Of a stretch of 64,000 nucleotides of DNA, positions 10,072-19,450 are shown piece after piece. The translations under genes were made by a program, and so were the position numbers. A model generated the notes under the pieces. That model worked only from the letters and a program-made list of their open reading frames with translations, was not told where the DNA came from and did no database searches. This stretch comes from a virus (Duplodnaviria; Caudoviricetes): IMG/VR virus record IMGVR_UViG_3300030098_005649. One strand, written 5' to 3'. Position 1 is the first letter of the stretch, and the number at the start of each line of letters is the position of its first letter.

Positions 10072-12260
10072 AAAAATTAATGGAACATATAGATTCTCTA
10101 ATACTAAATTGGGGAGTAGAAGACGGAAAACTATCAAGTCTTGAAGAACTATATGGAGTTTTGATAGACAAGGGATGGGATCATCCATCTGCAACTGCTT
10201 ACTTGAACAATATACATAAAGTATTTTTGGGTGAGGCACCAGAGGATGATACAAAACCACTAACTGATAAAGATAAAGAATTATTAAAACAAAAAGGACT
10301 TGCTTATATCAGAGGAACTAAACCTGCAGAATATGGTAAGAAAAATAATAAAGGTGAAGGAGAAAAACCAGCAGTATTTGTAAATGTTGATGGTAAACTT
10401 CAGAAACCAGATGAGGCTGAAAAAGATACTGATTCAAAATCAAAAGATAAAGAAGAGGACGAGACACAGAAGGCAACTCCTGATGATTTTGATGTTGATA
10501 AACACCTTGACAATCCACCAGAAAAGAAGAAAAATATTTCAAAAGAGAATCAAAAGAAAGTAAACTTTTTGAAAAAGAAAGTTGATGAGGCTCGTGATTT
10601 ATTAGATAAAGACAAACAAGACTTGGTGGACGAATGTATGGATAGGATTGAAACACTATATGATGATGATGCAACTGAAGAAGAAAAGAAAGAAGCCGCA
10701 GAATGGTTGATGAAAAATGGTAGATTCTCTACTAATGCGATGCCAAAATCTGGTCAAAGAAAAGCCTATTTGAATGGAATCGGTGGAATGAGAAAAATAT
10801 TATCTTCATCAGGAACTGTTGCATCAGAAGACTTGGTACAACAGATGGAAAAGTATGTTGATTTAGGTGAACCTTTCAATCCAAGAGCTTTGAAAGATGG
10901 ATTTAGTGCAGCAGCTAAACCAGACTTGGGTGATGAAAATATAGCAAAACCAGAGGACGATGAGAGTGTAAAGGAATTTCACGAAAGACATCCTATAATG
11001 AAAAAAATAAGGTCAGGTTTACACGGATTATATGTTGTAAAAGACAAAGATGGAAAGGCTAAAATGCCAAGTAGTCAATACTCAAAAGATTATTTGGAAC
11101 AAAGTATAAATAATCCAGCACTACAAAATACAATTGACTTTGCAAAAGAACAGGCAGAGGCTGGTAATGTTGATGAGGGAGTTCCAAAGGCGTTAGAAGC
11201 ACATCAAAAGAGATTACAAAAAATCTTGGAAGAGGTTCCTGTACCAAGTGAAGAGGCAAGAAAAGCAATTGCTGATAGTTACAATCAATTGATGGTTGAT
11301 TTACATAAGGCAGATTCGGATATTGCTAATTCAATATTGAAACAGATTGCTGAAAATAATTTATATGAACAAGAATTGGCAAATGGTGAAGAAGTATACT
11401 TACCATCTGCTGGTAACTTTCCTGCTGGAGATAAAATAAAAGTAAATGGTGGTGAGGTAGTTGCATTGATAAGTTGTAAATGGGGTAAACAAGGTAGAAC
11501 ATATGGATGTCCTGCAAACTCAAAAACTATCTGTGAATTACATCAAGATAAATCAAAACAAAATAATCAAGGACAATATCTTGGAGAAGAAGGTCATACA
11601 TTATTGATAAATGATGATTTGATAAAGGGTGAGAATAAAAAAGAAACCAAAGAAAAAACCAAAAATTGGATAAAGAAGACACTCCAAGAAGTAGACTTAG
11701 GTGACACTTTTACTGAAGAAGAAATAGAAAAAATTGCAGAAATTACTGCAGACTATATGGAAGAGATTGAACGAATTCAAGAACTCACAAAAGACCTAAA
11801 ACCTGCAGAGGTAAAGTGGGAAACTTTTCAACGAGAGATGAAAAAGATTGATGATAAGTTTAGGAAACTTATGGGTGGTGTTATCACAAAGGAACATGCG
11901 GCTGCACTTATTGGTGAAAATAATGCTGGTAATCTAATCGAAAGAGGTGGTAAGGTAAAACCAGAAGCTCTATTATCTGCAATTGAAATTGCAAATAACA
12001 TTAGAACAAATGAAACACTCACCGAGTTAGAACACAACAAACAATTCTATGATGAAAATAACGAACCAAAATTCGTAACATCAAAAGGTACAAATGACCC
12101 AAATGATTACTCAATAACATTCAGAACTCGTAGAACCAAAGGTCGTTCAGGTGGTGGATGTCAGTTATCATTTACTGGAGATGGTAAACCTGCAGATGTA
12201 GAATTGAAAGATGGTGGTGAGGTTTTAGATTCCGAGACAGGTGAAATAAAGGAAGTCTAA
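10068..12260 (+). CDS. large acidic hypothetical protein, possible PD-(D/E)XK nuclease-like domain
   Basis: 730 aa; YLPSAGNFPAGDKI...LISCK spacing; charged linker at the N-terminus. Confidence 0.35.
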   Translation: MKKLMEHIDSLILNWGVEDGKLSSLEELYGVLIDKGWDHPSATAYLNNIHKVFLGEAPEDDTKPLTDKDKELLKQKGLAYIRGTKPAEYGKKNNKGEGEKPAVFVNVDGKLQKPDEAEKDTDSKSKDKEEDETQKATPDDFDVDKHLDNPPEKKKNISKENQKKVNFLKKKVDEARDLLDKDKQDLVDECMDRIETLYDDDATEEEKKEAAEWLMKNGRFSTNAMPKSGQRKAYLNGIGGMRKILSSSGTVASEDLVQQMEKYVDLGEPFNPRALKDGFSAAAKPDLGDENIAKPEDDESVKEFHERHPIMKKIRSGLHGLYVVKDKDGKAKMPSSQYSKDYLEQSINNPALQNTIDFAKEQAEAGNVDEGVPKALEAHQKRLQKILEEVPVPSEEARKAIADSYNQLMVDLHKADSDIANSILKQIAENNLYEQELANGEEVYLPSAGNFPAGDKIKVNGGEVVALISCKWGKQGRTYGCPANSKTICELHQDKSKQNNQGQYLGEEGHTLLINDDLIKGENKKETKEKTKNWIKKTLQEVDLGDTFTEEEIEKIAEITADYMEEIERIQELTKDLKPAEVKWETFQREMKKIDDKFRKLMGGVITKEHAAALIGENNAGNLIERGGKVKPEALLSAIEIANNIRTNETLTELEHNKQFYDENNEPKFVTSKGTNDPNDYSITFRTRRTKGRSGGGCQLSFTGDGKPADVELKDGGEVLDSETGEIKEV

Positions 12261-12655
12261 TGAAAACTCAACTACTATGTACTTTTGCTGCACCTGATCA
12301 GTTAGACCATATTCTGTTTCTAATTTCGGAATGTAGTGATGTTTTGTTTGGTAAAATATTTGTATTGGAAAATGTAAACAATCCAAATCAGTTGATGTGT
12401 ACATATAACATAGAACAAACTGGTGATTACATTACTGATATGAGAGATACTATTTCATTACATAGAAAGAAACAGACCAATACATTGTACACAATCAATG
12501 CGATAAATTGTATAATCAAAGAATTAAACAATGGGGTACTTGATAAAAGATATGTTATTCCTTGGGATAATTATCAAAATTCTTTATTGCTAAATAAGGG
12601 ACAAGACTCTTATCAAATCATAAAAACAAAAATACACACCGTACATAATTTATAA
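12260..12655 (+). CDS. conserved phage hypothetical protein
   Basis: 131 aa ORF coupled to the previous stop; MKTQLLCTF...LHRKKQTNTLYTINAIN. Confidence 0.6.
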   Translation: MKTQLLCTFAAPDQLDHILFLISECSDVLFGKIFVLENVNNPNQLMCTYNIEQTGDYITDMRDTISLHRKKQTNTLYTINAINCIIKELNNGVLDKRYVIPWDNYQNSLLLNKGQDSYQIIKTKIHTVHNL

Positions 12656-12823
12656 TCGTTTGAGATCTGACCGTCATATATATTAAGGATGGTCAAACAA
12701 AATAGGTTATACGAAAAGTTTTTTCGATTAATAATATTTTCCGTGATATATATTATTACAAATCAGGTTACTACTTGATTGGTAATTAACAATTAAACAA
12801 TAACACTAAATTAGGAGTAAATA
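12656..12823 (+). promoter_or_regulatory. structured leader of the SSB gene: three hairpins, then an A/U-rich unstructured stretch and the RBS
   Basis: stems 12668-75/12688-95, 12712-17/12721-26 and 12755-66/12775-86; AGGAG RBS before ATG 12824. Confidence 0.5.
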
Positions 12824-13570
12824 ATGGACATTGATGCAGTTAGAAAAAGATTGAATCAACTTCAAACAACAAACACTCGGACTTCCAACCTTTGGAAACC
12901 AAGTCCTGGTAAACAGGTTATCCGAGTAATTCCTTACAAACACAATAAAGACATTCCTTTTATAGAATTGTTCTTTCACTATGATTTAGGTGGAAAGACT
13001 TATCTTTCTCCTATCACTTATGGTCGTCCTGACCCGATTGAAGAGTTTGCAAGTAAACTAAAACAATCAGGTAGTCGTGATGATTTTCGTCTTGGTCGTA
13101 AGTTAGAAGCTAAGATGAGAACATTTGCACCAGTAATTGTTCGTGGTGAAGAGAATGAGGGTGTTCGCTTTTGGGGATTCGGTAAAACAGTATATCAAGA
13201 ATTACTTTCAGTAATTGCCGATCCTGATTATGGTGATATTACAGATCCAGTAAATGGTCGTGATATTTCTGTAGAGTTCCTAACGGCTGAGGAAACAGGT
13301 GCTAGTTATCCAAAAACTAACATCAGAGTCAAACCAAATCAGACCGCCATCACAGAAGATGCTCAAAAACTTGAGAGTCTTTTGGAGAATCAATCAGACT
13401 TACGAGAGATTTATACAGAACTTTCGTATGATGAATTGACAGATGTATTGAACCAATGGTTACAAGGTACTGAAGAAGAAGAAGCTGAAGAGAAGAAGTC
13501 TCCAGCTTTAGACACTGCAACTTCTAATGTAAATGTAGAAGATGCATTTGATGACCTTTTCAATAAGTAA
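12824..13570 (+). CDS. gp32-like single-stranded DNA-binding protein
   Basis: LWKPSPGKQVIRVIP, PVIVRGEENEGVRFWGFGKTVY, DITDPVNGRD, acidic C-terminal DAFDDLFNK. Confidence 0.8.
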   Translation: MDIDAVRKRLNQLQTTNTRTSNLWKPSPGKQVIRVIPYKHNKDIPFIELFFHYDLGGKTYLSPITYGRPDPIEEFASKLKQSGSRDDFRLGRKLEAKMRTFAPVIVRGEENEGVRFWGFGKTVYQELLSVIADPDYGDITDPVNGRDISVEFLTAEETGASYPKTNIRVKPNQTAITEDAQKLESLLENQSDLREIYTELSYDELTDVLNQWLQGTEEEEAEEKKSPALDTATSNVNVEDAFDDLFNK

Positions 13571-13582
13571 ATAACAATAATA

Positions 13583-13646
13583 TTTGGGTGGTATCCTACA
13601 GAACCAAGCGATGAGAGGGCTGTGTTTGTATGCCCAACCACCCAAA
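13583..13646 (+). other. 64-nt imperfect hairpin between the SSB and RecA genes (terminator, processing site or small RNA)
   Basis: perfect outer stem tttgggtggt (13583-92) / accacccaaa (13637-46); inner stem tacaga/tttgta. Confidence 0.6.
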
Positions 13647-13668
13647 GTTTTAACATTAGGAGTAATAT

Positions 13669-14766
13669 ATGCCTACAAAAGAAGATTTGGCTCAAGTTTT
13701 AGCTGAAAATCTAAACAAGAGTTTCAAAGATTACAAAGTTGCTTACTTTTTGGGAGAGGCTTCACAATCACCAACAGATGTAAAAGATTTCATTTCTACA
13801 GGTAGTAGTATGTTGGATTTGGCTATTTCAAATAGACAAAATGGTGGAATTGCAGTTGGTAGAATTACTGAAATCAACGGATTGGAATCAAGTGGTAAAT
13901 CATTACTTGGTGCTCATATATTATCCGAAACTCAGAAGAAAGGTGGAGTCGCAGTTTATATAGATACTGAGACTTCAGTTAGTCAGCAATTTCTTGGGGC
14001 TATAGGTGTTGATGTTTCAAAGATGTTGTATTTACATCTCGAAACTGTGGAAGACATCTTTCAGGCTATTGAAGAAATTGTAACTAAAGTTCGTGAGTCC
14101 GATAAGGATAGGTTGGTAACTATTCTTATTGATTCATTAGCTGCAGCTTCTACTAAGGTAGAGATGGATGCTGACTTTGATAAAGATGGTTGGGCAACTG
14201 CGAAGGCAATCATCATATCAAAGGCAATGAGAAAAATCACACAGATGATTGGTAGACAAAACATAGCCTTGGTATTTACAAACCAACTCAGACAGAAACT
14301 CGGAGTTATGTTTGGAGATCCTTGGACAACAAGTGGTGGGAAGGCCTTACCATTTCACGCATCAACTCGTATTCGACTAAAGAATATGGGACAAATCAAG
14401 GATAATAAGAAAAATATTCTTGGGATGAAGTGTAGGGCTCAAATAATCAAGAATAGACTTGGCCCACCATTACGACACGCAGACTATGATATGTATTTCG
14501 AGAGTGGAATTGACAATCTTGGTGGTTGGTTGACTGTGTTGAAAGACCACAAATTAGTAAAGTCCGCAGGTGCTTGGTATACATTAGTAGATGGAGAAGG
14601 TAAAGAACATAAATTTCAATCAAAAGATTGGGACGAACTTATGGAAGATGAAGAGTTGAAATCTTATGTCTATGACCTTATTTGTAATAAAGTAATATTA
14701 CAATATAAAACAGAAGATATGGGAATCGATGATATTGAATATACAGACGAGATAGTTGGGGACTAA
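13669..14766 (+). CDS. recA: RecA/UvsX-like recombinase
   Basis: GRITEINGLESSGKS (Walker A), ILIDSLAA, FTNQLRQKLGVMFGDPWTTSGGKALPFHASTR. Confidence 0.95.
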   Translation: MPTKEDLAQVLAENLNKSFKDYKVAYFLGEASQSPTDVKDFISTGSSMLDLAISNRQNGGIAVGRITEINGLESSGKSLLGAHILSETQKKGGVAVYIDTETSVSQQFLGAIGVDVSKMLYLHLETVEDIFQAIEEIVTKVRESDKDRLVTILIDSLAAASTKVEMDADFDKDGWATAKAIIISKAMRKITQMIGRQNIALVFTNQLRQKLGVMFGDPWTTSGGKALPFHASTRIRLKNMGQIKDNKKNILGMKCRAQIIKNRLGPPLRHADYDMYFESGIDNLGGWLTVLKDHKLVKSAGAWYTLVDGEGKEHKFQSKDWDELMEDEELKSYVYDLICNKVILQYKTEDMGIDDIEYTDEIVGD

Positions 14767-15803
14767 TGAAAAAAGAGTATCTATCTATCTTGGAAGAAAT
14801 CAAGAAGAATGGTGGAAAAGATAATCTTGGTGAATTGAACGATAAGGTTCTAATCATTGATGGGTTGAACACTTTTATAAGATGTTTTAGTGCGATACCA
14901 ACAACAAATGATGATGGAGAACACATCGGTGGTTTATCAGGATTTCTCAAATCAATAGGTTATGTCGTGAGTATGGTCAGACCCACACGAGCTATCGTGG
15001 TATTCGATGGTAAAGGTGGGTCTACCAGAAGAAGAAAACTCTATCCTGAATATAAACAAGGTAGGAAAATGTCAGAAAGACTAAATCGTGCCGATGGACT
15101 ATTCAATGAGAAGAATGATGAACGATTTTCTATGATGAAACAACTGAGAAGAGTTGTTGAGTATCTTGAGTATCTTCCTGTATTGACATATTCTGTTGAT
15201 GGAATTGAGGCTGATGATACCATTGGTTATCTAACTAAACAATGTCTCAAAGAATCTGAAGTCATTATAATGTCTACTGATAAAGACTTTCTTCAATTGG
15301 TTAGTGATAGGGTGAGTGTTTATTCACCAACAAAGAAAAAATTCTACAAACCACCACAAGTATTAGAAGAATATGGTGTTAGTTCAAAGAATCTTTTATA
15401 CTATAGAATTATAGAAGGAGATAAAAGTGACAACATAAAAGGTGTTCGTGGAATTGGTGGAAAGACAATACAGAAATGGGAAGTTTTATCAAAAGATAAA
15501 ATGATTTCAATGGATGAGTTGATTAGTTTAGATAAAAGACTTTCAGACTCTTCAAACACATTAGATATAAATTACAAATTGATGCAGTTACACGATGTAA
15601 ATATAAGTGGAACTACAAAAATAAACATATTGGATAGGTTAGATGAACCACCTACAGAACTGAAAAAGGTGAAGTTTCAGAAACTATTCTTAGAGGATAA
15701 ACTATATGGTGCAATTCCAAATATTGATAGTTGGTTGAATTCAACTTGGAGTATGATAAATCACATAGTAAAGAACACAAATGGGAAGAAAGAAAATTTA
15801 TAA
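14766..15803 (+). CDS. 5'-3' exonuclease / flap endonuclease (T4 RNase H-like)
   Basis: IIDGLN, VFDGKGG..RR...YKQGR, EADD, STDKDFLQL, GDKSDNIKGV.GIG. Confidence 0.92.
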   Translation: MKKEYLSILEEIKKNGGKDNLGELNDKVLIIDGLNTFIRCFSAIPTTNDDGEHIGGLSGFLKSIGYVVSMVRPTRAIVVFDGKGGSTRRRKLYPEYKQGRKMSERLNRADGLFNEKNDERFSMMKQLRRVVEYLEYLPVLTYSVDGIEADDTIGYLTKQCLKESEVIIMSTDKDFLQLVSDRVSVYSPTKKKFYKPPQVLEEYGVSSKNLLYYRIIEGDKSDNIKGVRGIGGKTIQKWEVLSKDKMISMDELISLDKRLSDSSNTLDINYKLMQLHDVNISGTTKINILDRLDEPPTELKKVKFQKLFLEDKLYGAIPNIDSWLNSTWSMINHIVKNTNGKKENL

Positions 15804-15960
15804 CACGGAAGAAGAAAAGCGACAGGCTCAAAGAAAATGGCAAGCCGAATACTATCTTCGTAATAAAGAATCGATTAAGAAGAAAGCTCGTGATAGATAT
15901 AGATTGAAGAAGTCAAAGGAAATCCGTGAAAGAAGAAACAAAGAATTATATGGAGAGTAA
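15781..15960 (+). CDS. small basic protein (59 aa), not in the supplied ORF track
   Basis: read manually: MGRKKIYNTEEEKRQAQRKWQAEYYLRNKESIKKKARDRYRLKKSKEIRERRNKELYGE; fills the gap before the helicase. Confidence 0.7.
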   Translation: MGRKKIYNTEEEKRQAQRKWQAEYYLRNKESIKKKARDRYRLKKSKEIRERRNKELYGE

Positions 15961-15963
15961 AAT

Positions 15964-17310
15964 ATGGCAGATAGTCTAAACGATTATGGACCAACTTTTC
16001 AAACTAAAATACTATCGTCATTATTGACAGACAAGGTATTTATATCTACTATTATCGACATCATAGAAGTAGATTATTTTCAATCAGATGCAAACAAATG
16101 GATTGTGAAAACAATCGAAAAATATTTTATGGAGTATAAGACTCCACCATCACTTGATGCACTCAAAGTAGAATTGAAGAAACTAAAGAATGATGTTCTT
16201 CAAGTTGCTGTAGTTGAGGCTTTGAAATCGGCTTGGACTCATAGAGAGTCTGATGATTTAGATTATGTAAAGGATGAAATATTAGATTTTTGTAAAAATC
16301 AAAAACTAAAAAAGGCAATATTAGAATCAGTTGATTTGTTAGAAAATAAAGATTATGATGGTATAAAAATGGTAGTAGATACGGCAATGAGAGCTGGAAC
16401 TACAAGAGATTTAGGACACGATTATATAAGTGGTTTTGAGGAAAGACTTGAAACATCGGCTAGAAAGACCACACCAACACCTTGGCCAGTAATAAATGAT
16501 ATAATGGATGGTGGATTAGGTGGTGGTGAACTTGGTGTTATGGTTGCACCAGCTGGTATTGGTAAGACTTGGTTTTTACAAACTGTTGGTGCGGATGCAA
16601 TAAAGAAAGGTATGAAAGTTGTACACTATACACTTGAGTTGAATCAGGCTTATGTTGGTTTGAGATACGATACTATTATTTCAGGTATCAATACTCAACA
16701 ATTGAAGTATTATAAGGAAGATGTACAATCAAAGTTATTTGACATACAAGGTAATCTGATGATAAAGTATTACCCTACAAGAACTGCATCGGTTCAGACA
16801 ATATCATCTCATCTAAAACAATTAGAGTTGATAGAGTTCAAACCAGATGTTATTGTTGTTGATTATGCAGATATACTGAAACCCATATCAAATTATAGAG
16901 AGAAAAGATTGAATTTGGGTGAGACTTATGAACATCTTAGAGGTATGGCTGGTGAGTTTGATGTTCCTGTATGGACTGCATCTCAGGCAAATCGTAGTTC
17001 TTTAGAGGAAGAGGTAATTGGTGCGGATAAAGTTAGTGAAGACTATAGTAAGGTAATGACTGCAGATTTTGTTATGTCGATTAGTAGAAAAGTAGAAGAT
17101 AAAGTTGCTAATCTTGCAAGAGTTCATATTATAAAAAATAGATTTGGTGTGGATGGTGTCACATACCCAACTGATATGAATACTGATATTGGTAAAATTA
17201 TGGTAAATGATAGTAATACCAAACAAGGTCAGATTGCGAGTGAAAAGATGAATAACTCAGAAGAATATTTGAGGAAAATGGCAAAAAATCGATTCGACAA
17301 TCTCAGTTGA
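15964..17310 (+). CDS. replicative DnaB/gp41-type helicase
   Basis: APAGIGKTW (Walker A), YTLEL, IVVDYADIL, WTASQANR, IIKNRFG. Confidence 0.95.
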   Translation: MADSLNDYGPTFQTKILSSLLTDKVFISTIIDIIEVDYFQSDANKWIVKTIEKYFMEYKTPPSLDALKVELKKLKNDVLQVAVVEALKSAWTHRESDDLDYVKDEILDFCKNQKLKKAILESVDLLENKDYDGIKMVVDTAMRAGTTRDLGHDYISGFEERLETSARKTTPTPWPVINDIMDGGLGGGELGVMVAPAGIGKTWFLQTVGADAIKKGMKVVHYTLELNQAYVGLRYDTIISGINTQQLKYYKEDVQSKLFDIQGNLMIKYYPTRTASVQTISSHLKQLELIEFKPDVIVVDYADILKPISNYREKRLNLGETYEHLRGMAGEFDVPVWTASQANRSSLEEEVIGADKVSEDYSKVMTADFVMSISRKVEDKVANLARVHIIKNRFGVDGVTYPTDMNTDIGKIMVNDSNTKQGQIASEKMNNSEEYLRKMAKNRFDNLS

Positions 17311-17360
17311 GTATAATTATAAATGTATGTTATGGACACGAAATATTGGGAGTTTTTTGA

Positions 17361-19370
17361 ATGAGTAAATTTCAGTTATCAGATAATTTTATAAATAAGT
17401 ACAAGAGGAAAAAAGCTCCTTTTGGTTTTAATGGATTAGGTGAGTTGGTTTATATGAGAACCTACTCAAGAATCAAGGACAATGGCAAAAACGAAAGATG
17501 GTGGGAAACAGTACAACGAGTTGTAGAGGGAACTTACAACATGCAAATGAATTGGATTGAATCACATCAATTAGGGTGGAATCCCTGGCAAGCACAGAGG
17601 TCAGCACAAGATATGTATGACCGTATTTTCAATATGAAGTTCTTACCGCCAGGTCGTGGTTTGTGGGCAATGGGAACACCAATCACAGAGGAAAAAGGAC
17701 TATATGCCGCCCTAAATAATTGTGCCTTTGTATCAACAAAAACAATAAAAGAAGACTATGCCAAACCTTTTTGTTTCCTTATGGATGCAAGTATGTTGGG
17801 TGTTGGTGTTGGGTTCGATACAAAAGGTGCTGGAGAGATAGTAGTCAAAGGTATAAACAAGGATAGAGATGTTCAGACATTTCAAATACCTGATACTCGT
17901 GAGGGTTGGGTTGAGTCACTAAAGTTACTATTAGAAAGTTACTTTCACGGACAGGCACCAATGGAGTTTGACTACTCAATAATAAGACCAGCTGGTGTAC
18001 CAATAAAAGGTTTTGGTGGAGTTAGTTCAGGACCAGAACCACTAAAAGAAGTACACGAAGATATAAGAAAAGTACTTGAAAAGAATAGTGGAGAACCAAT
18101 CTCAATCACTACAATTGTTGATATTATGAATCTTATCGGTAAATGTGTAGTGGCTGGTAATGTTAGAAGAACGGCTGAGATTGTATTTGGAGACCCACAT
18201 TCAGAAGAATATTTAGATTTGAAAAATTATAAAGTAAATCCACATAGAGAACAATATGGATGGACAAGTAATAACTCCATATTTGCAGAGTTGGGTATGG
18301 ATTATACAGAAGCTGCAAAAAGAATTGCAGACAATGGAGAACCAGGATTTGCTTGGTTAGAAAATATGAGACAATATTCTCGTATGAAAAATGGTGGAGA
18401 CAATAAAGACCATAGAGTAATGGGTGGTAATCCTTGTTTGGAACAATCATTAGAATCATACGAATTGTGTTGTTTGGTAGAAACATTTCCTGAAAATCAC
18501 GATGATTTTGAGGATTATGCGAGAACACTAAAATATGCATACTTGTATGCAAAAACAGTAACACTTGGTAGAACTCATTGGAGTGATACAAATCGAGTTA
18601 TGTTGAGAAATAGGAGAATCGGTTGTAGTGTAAGTGGTGTTGCTCAGTTTATAACAAATAGAGGTTTAGATGAACTGAAAGAATGGTTGAATGGTGGATT
18701 TGATGTTATCCAACAATGGGATAAACAATATTCAGATTGGATGGCAGTTCCACGATCTATCAAGACCACATCGGTCAAACCATCAGGAACAGTTTCATTA
18801 TTAGCAGGAGCGACTCCAGGATTACATTACCCTGAGAGTCGTTTTTACATTAGGAGAATAAGAGTTTCAAAACATTCGGAACTATTAGAACCTATGAAAA
18901 AAGCAGGTTACAAAGTAGAACCAGCATTTGGTTCAGAAGACACAACTATGGTTGTCGAAGTACCAGTAGATGTCGGTGAGGGGATTAGAACAGCGGCTGA
19001 ACTTTCGATTTGGGAACAATTCAGTTTAGCCGCTTTTCTTCAACGACATTGGGCAGACAACCAAGTAAGTTGTACGGTTACATTCAATCCAGAAACGGAG
19101 ACAGACCAAATTGCTCCGTGTTTGAATTATTATCAGTATCACCTAAAGGGTATTAGTTTATTACCAAGACACGATTATGGGGCTTATCCTCAAATGCCAT
19201 ATGAAGGTATTGATGAGAAAACCTATGAGAAAGAAGTAAAGAAATTAGGTAAACTATCCTTTGGTGTGATAAAGAATGAAGAGGCAGAAGTAGATAAATT
19301 TTGTAACAACGATAGTTGTGAAATCATTCCAACCACTGGTGATAATGATGACCAAGATTATGCAAATTAG
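17361..19370 (+). CDS. nrdJ: class II (adenosylcobalamin-dependent) ribonucleotide reductase, monomeric type
   Basis: PPGRGLW, ALNNCAF, GGNPCLEQSL, TSVKPSGTVS, C-terminal FCNNDSC cysteine pair. Confidence 0.95.
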   Translation: MSKFQLSDNFINKYKRKKAPFGFNGLGELVYMRTYSRIKDNGKNERWWETVQRVVEGTYNMQMNWIESHQLGWNPWQAQRSAQDMYDRIFNMKFLPPGRGLWAMGTPITEEKGLYAALNNCAFVSTKTIKEDYAKPFCFLMDASMLGVGVGFDTKGAGEIVVKGINKDRDVQTFQIPDTREGWVESLKLLLESYFHGQAPMEFDYSIIRPAGVPIKGFGGVSSGPEPLKEVHEDIRKVLEKNSGEPISITTIVDIMNLIGKCVVAGNVRRTAEIVFGDPHSEEYLDLKNYKVNPHREQYGWTSNNSIFAELGMDYTEAAKRIADNGEPGFAWLENMRQYSRMKNGGDNKDHRVMGGNPCLEQSLESYELCCLVETFPENHDDFEDYARTLKYAYLYAKTVTLGRTHWSDTNRVMLRNRRIGCSVSGVAQFITNRGLDELKEWLNGGFDVIQQWDKQYSDWMAVPRSIKTTSVKPSGTVSLLAGATPGLHYPESRFYIRRIRVSKHSELLEPMKKAGYKVEPAFGSEDTTMVVEVPVDVGEGIRTAAELSIWEQFSLAAFLQRHWADNQVSCTVTFNPETETDQIAPCLNYYQYHLKGISLLPRHDYGAYPQMPYEGIDEKTYEKEVKKLGKLSFGVIKNEEAEVDKFCNNDSCEIIPTTGDNDDQDYAN

Positions 19371-19386
19371 ACTTACAAAACAGCGG

Positions 19387-19420
19387 ACAGGCAGACGACA
19401 CACCTGTAAAAAAATGTGTC
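19387..19420 (+). promoter_or_regulatory. candidate H-type RNA pseudoknot in the TBDR leader
   Basis: S1 ACAGG(19387-91)/CCTGT(19403-07), S2 GACACA(19397-402)/TGTGTC(19415-20), A7 loop; RBS AGGAG at 19438-42. Confidence 0.6.
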
Positions 19421-19450
19421 AATTTCAAAACAACAATAGGAGTGATTACT

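Noticed and set aside
19368-19420. UAG followed by a pseudoknot as a readthrough or frameshift signal fusing NrdJ to the TBDR
   Set aside because: In-frame readthrough hits TAA after 12 codons, NrdJ already ends with its C-terminal Cys pair, and the TBDR has its own RBS and signal peptide.
19371-19450. Cobalamin, TPP or preQ1 riboswitch upstream of the TBDR
   Set aside because: The spacer is only 80 nt and lacks the B12-box, TPP and preQ1-I consensus nucleotides as I recall them; kept only as an unassigned pseudoknot.
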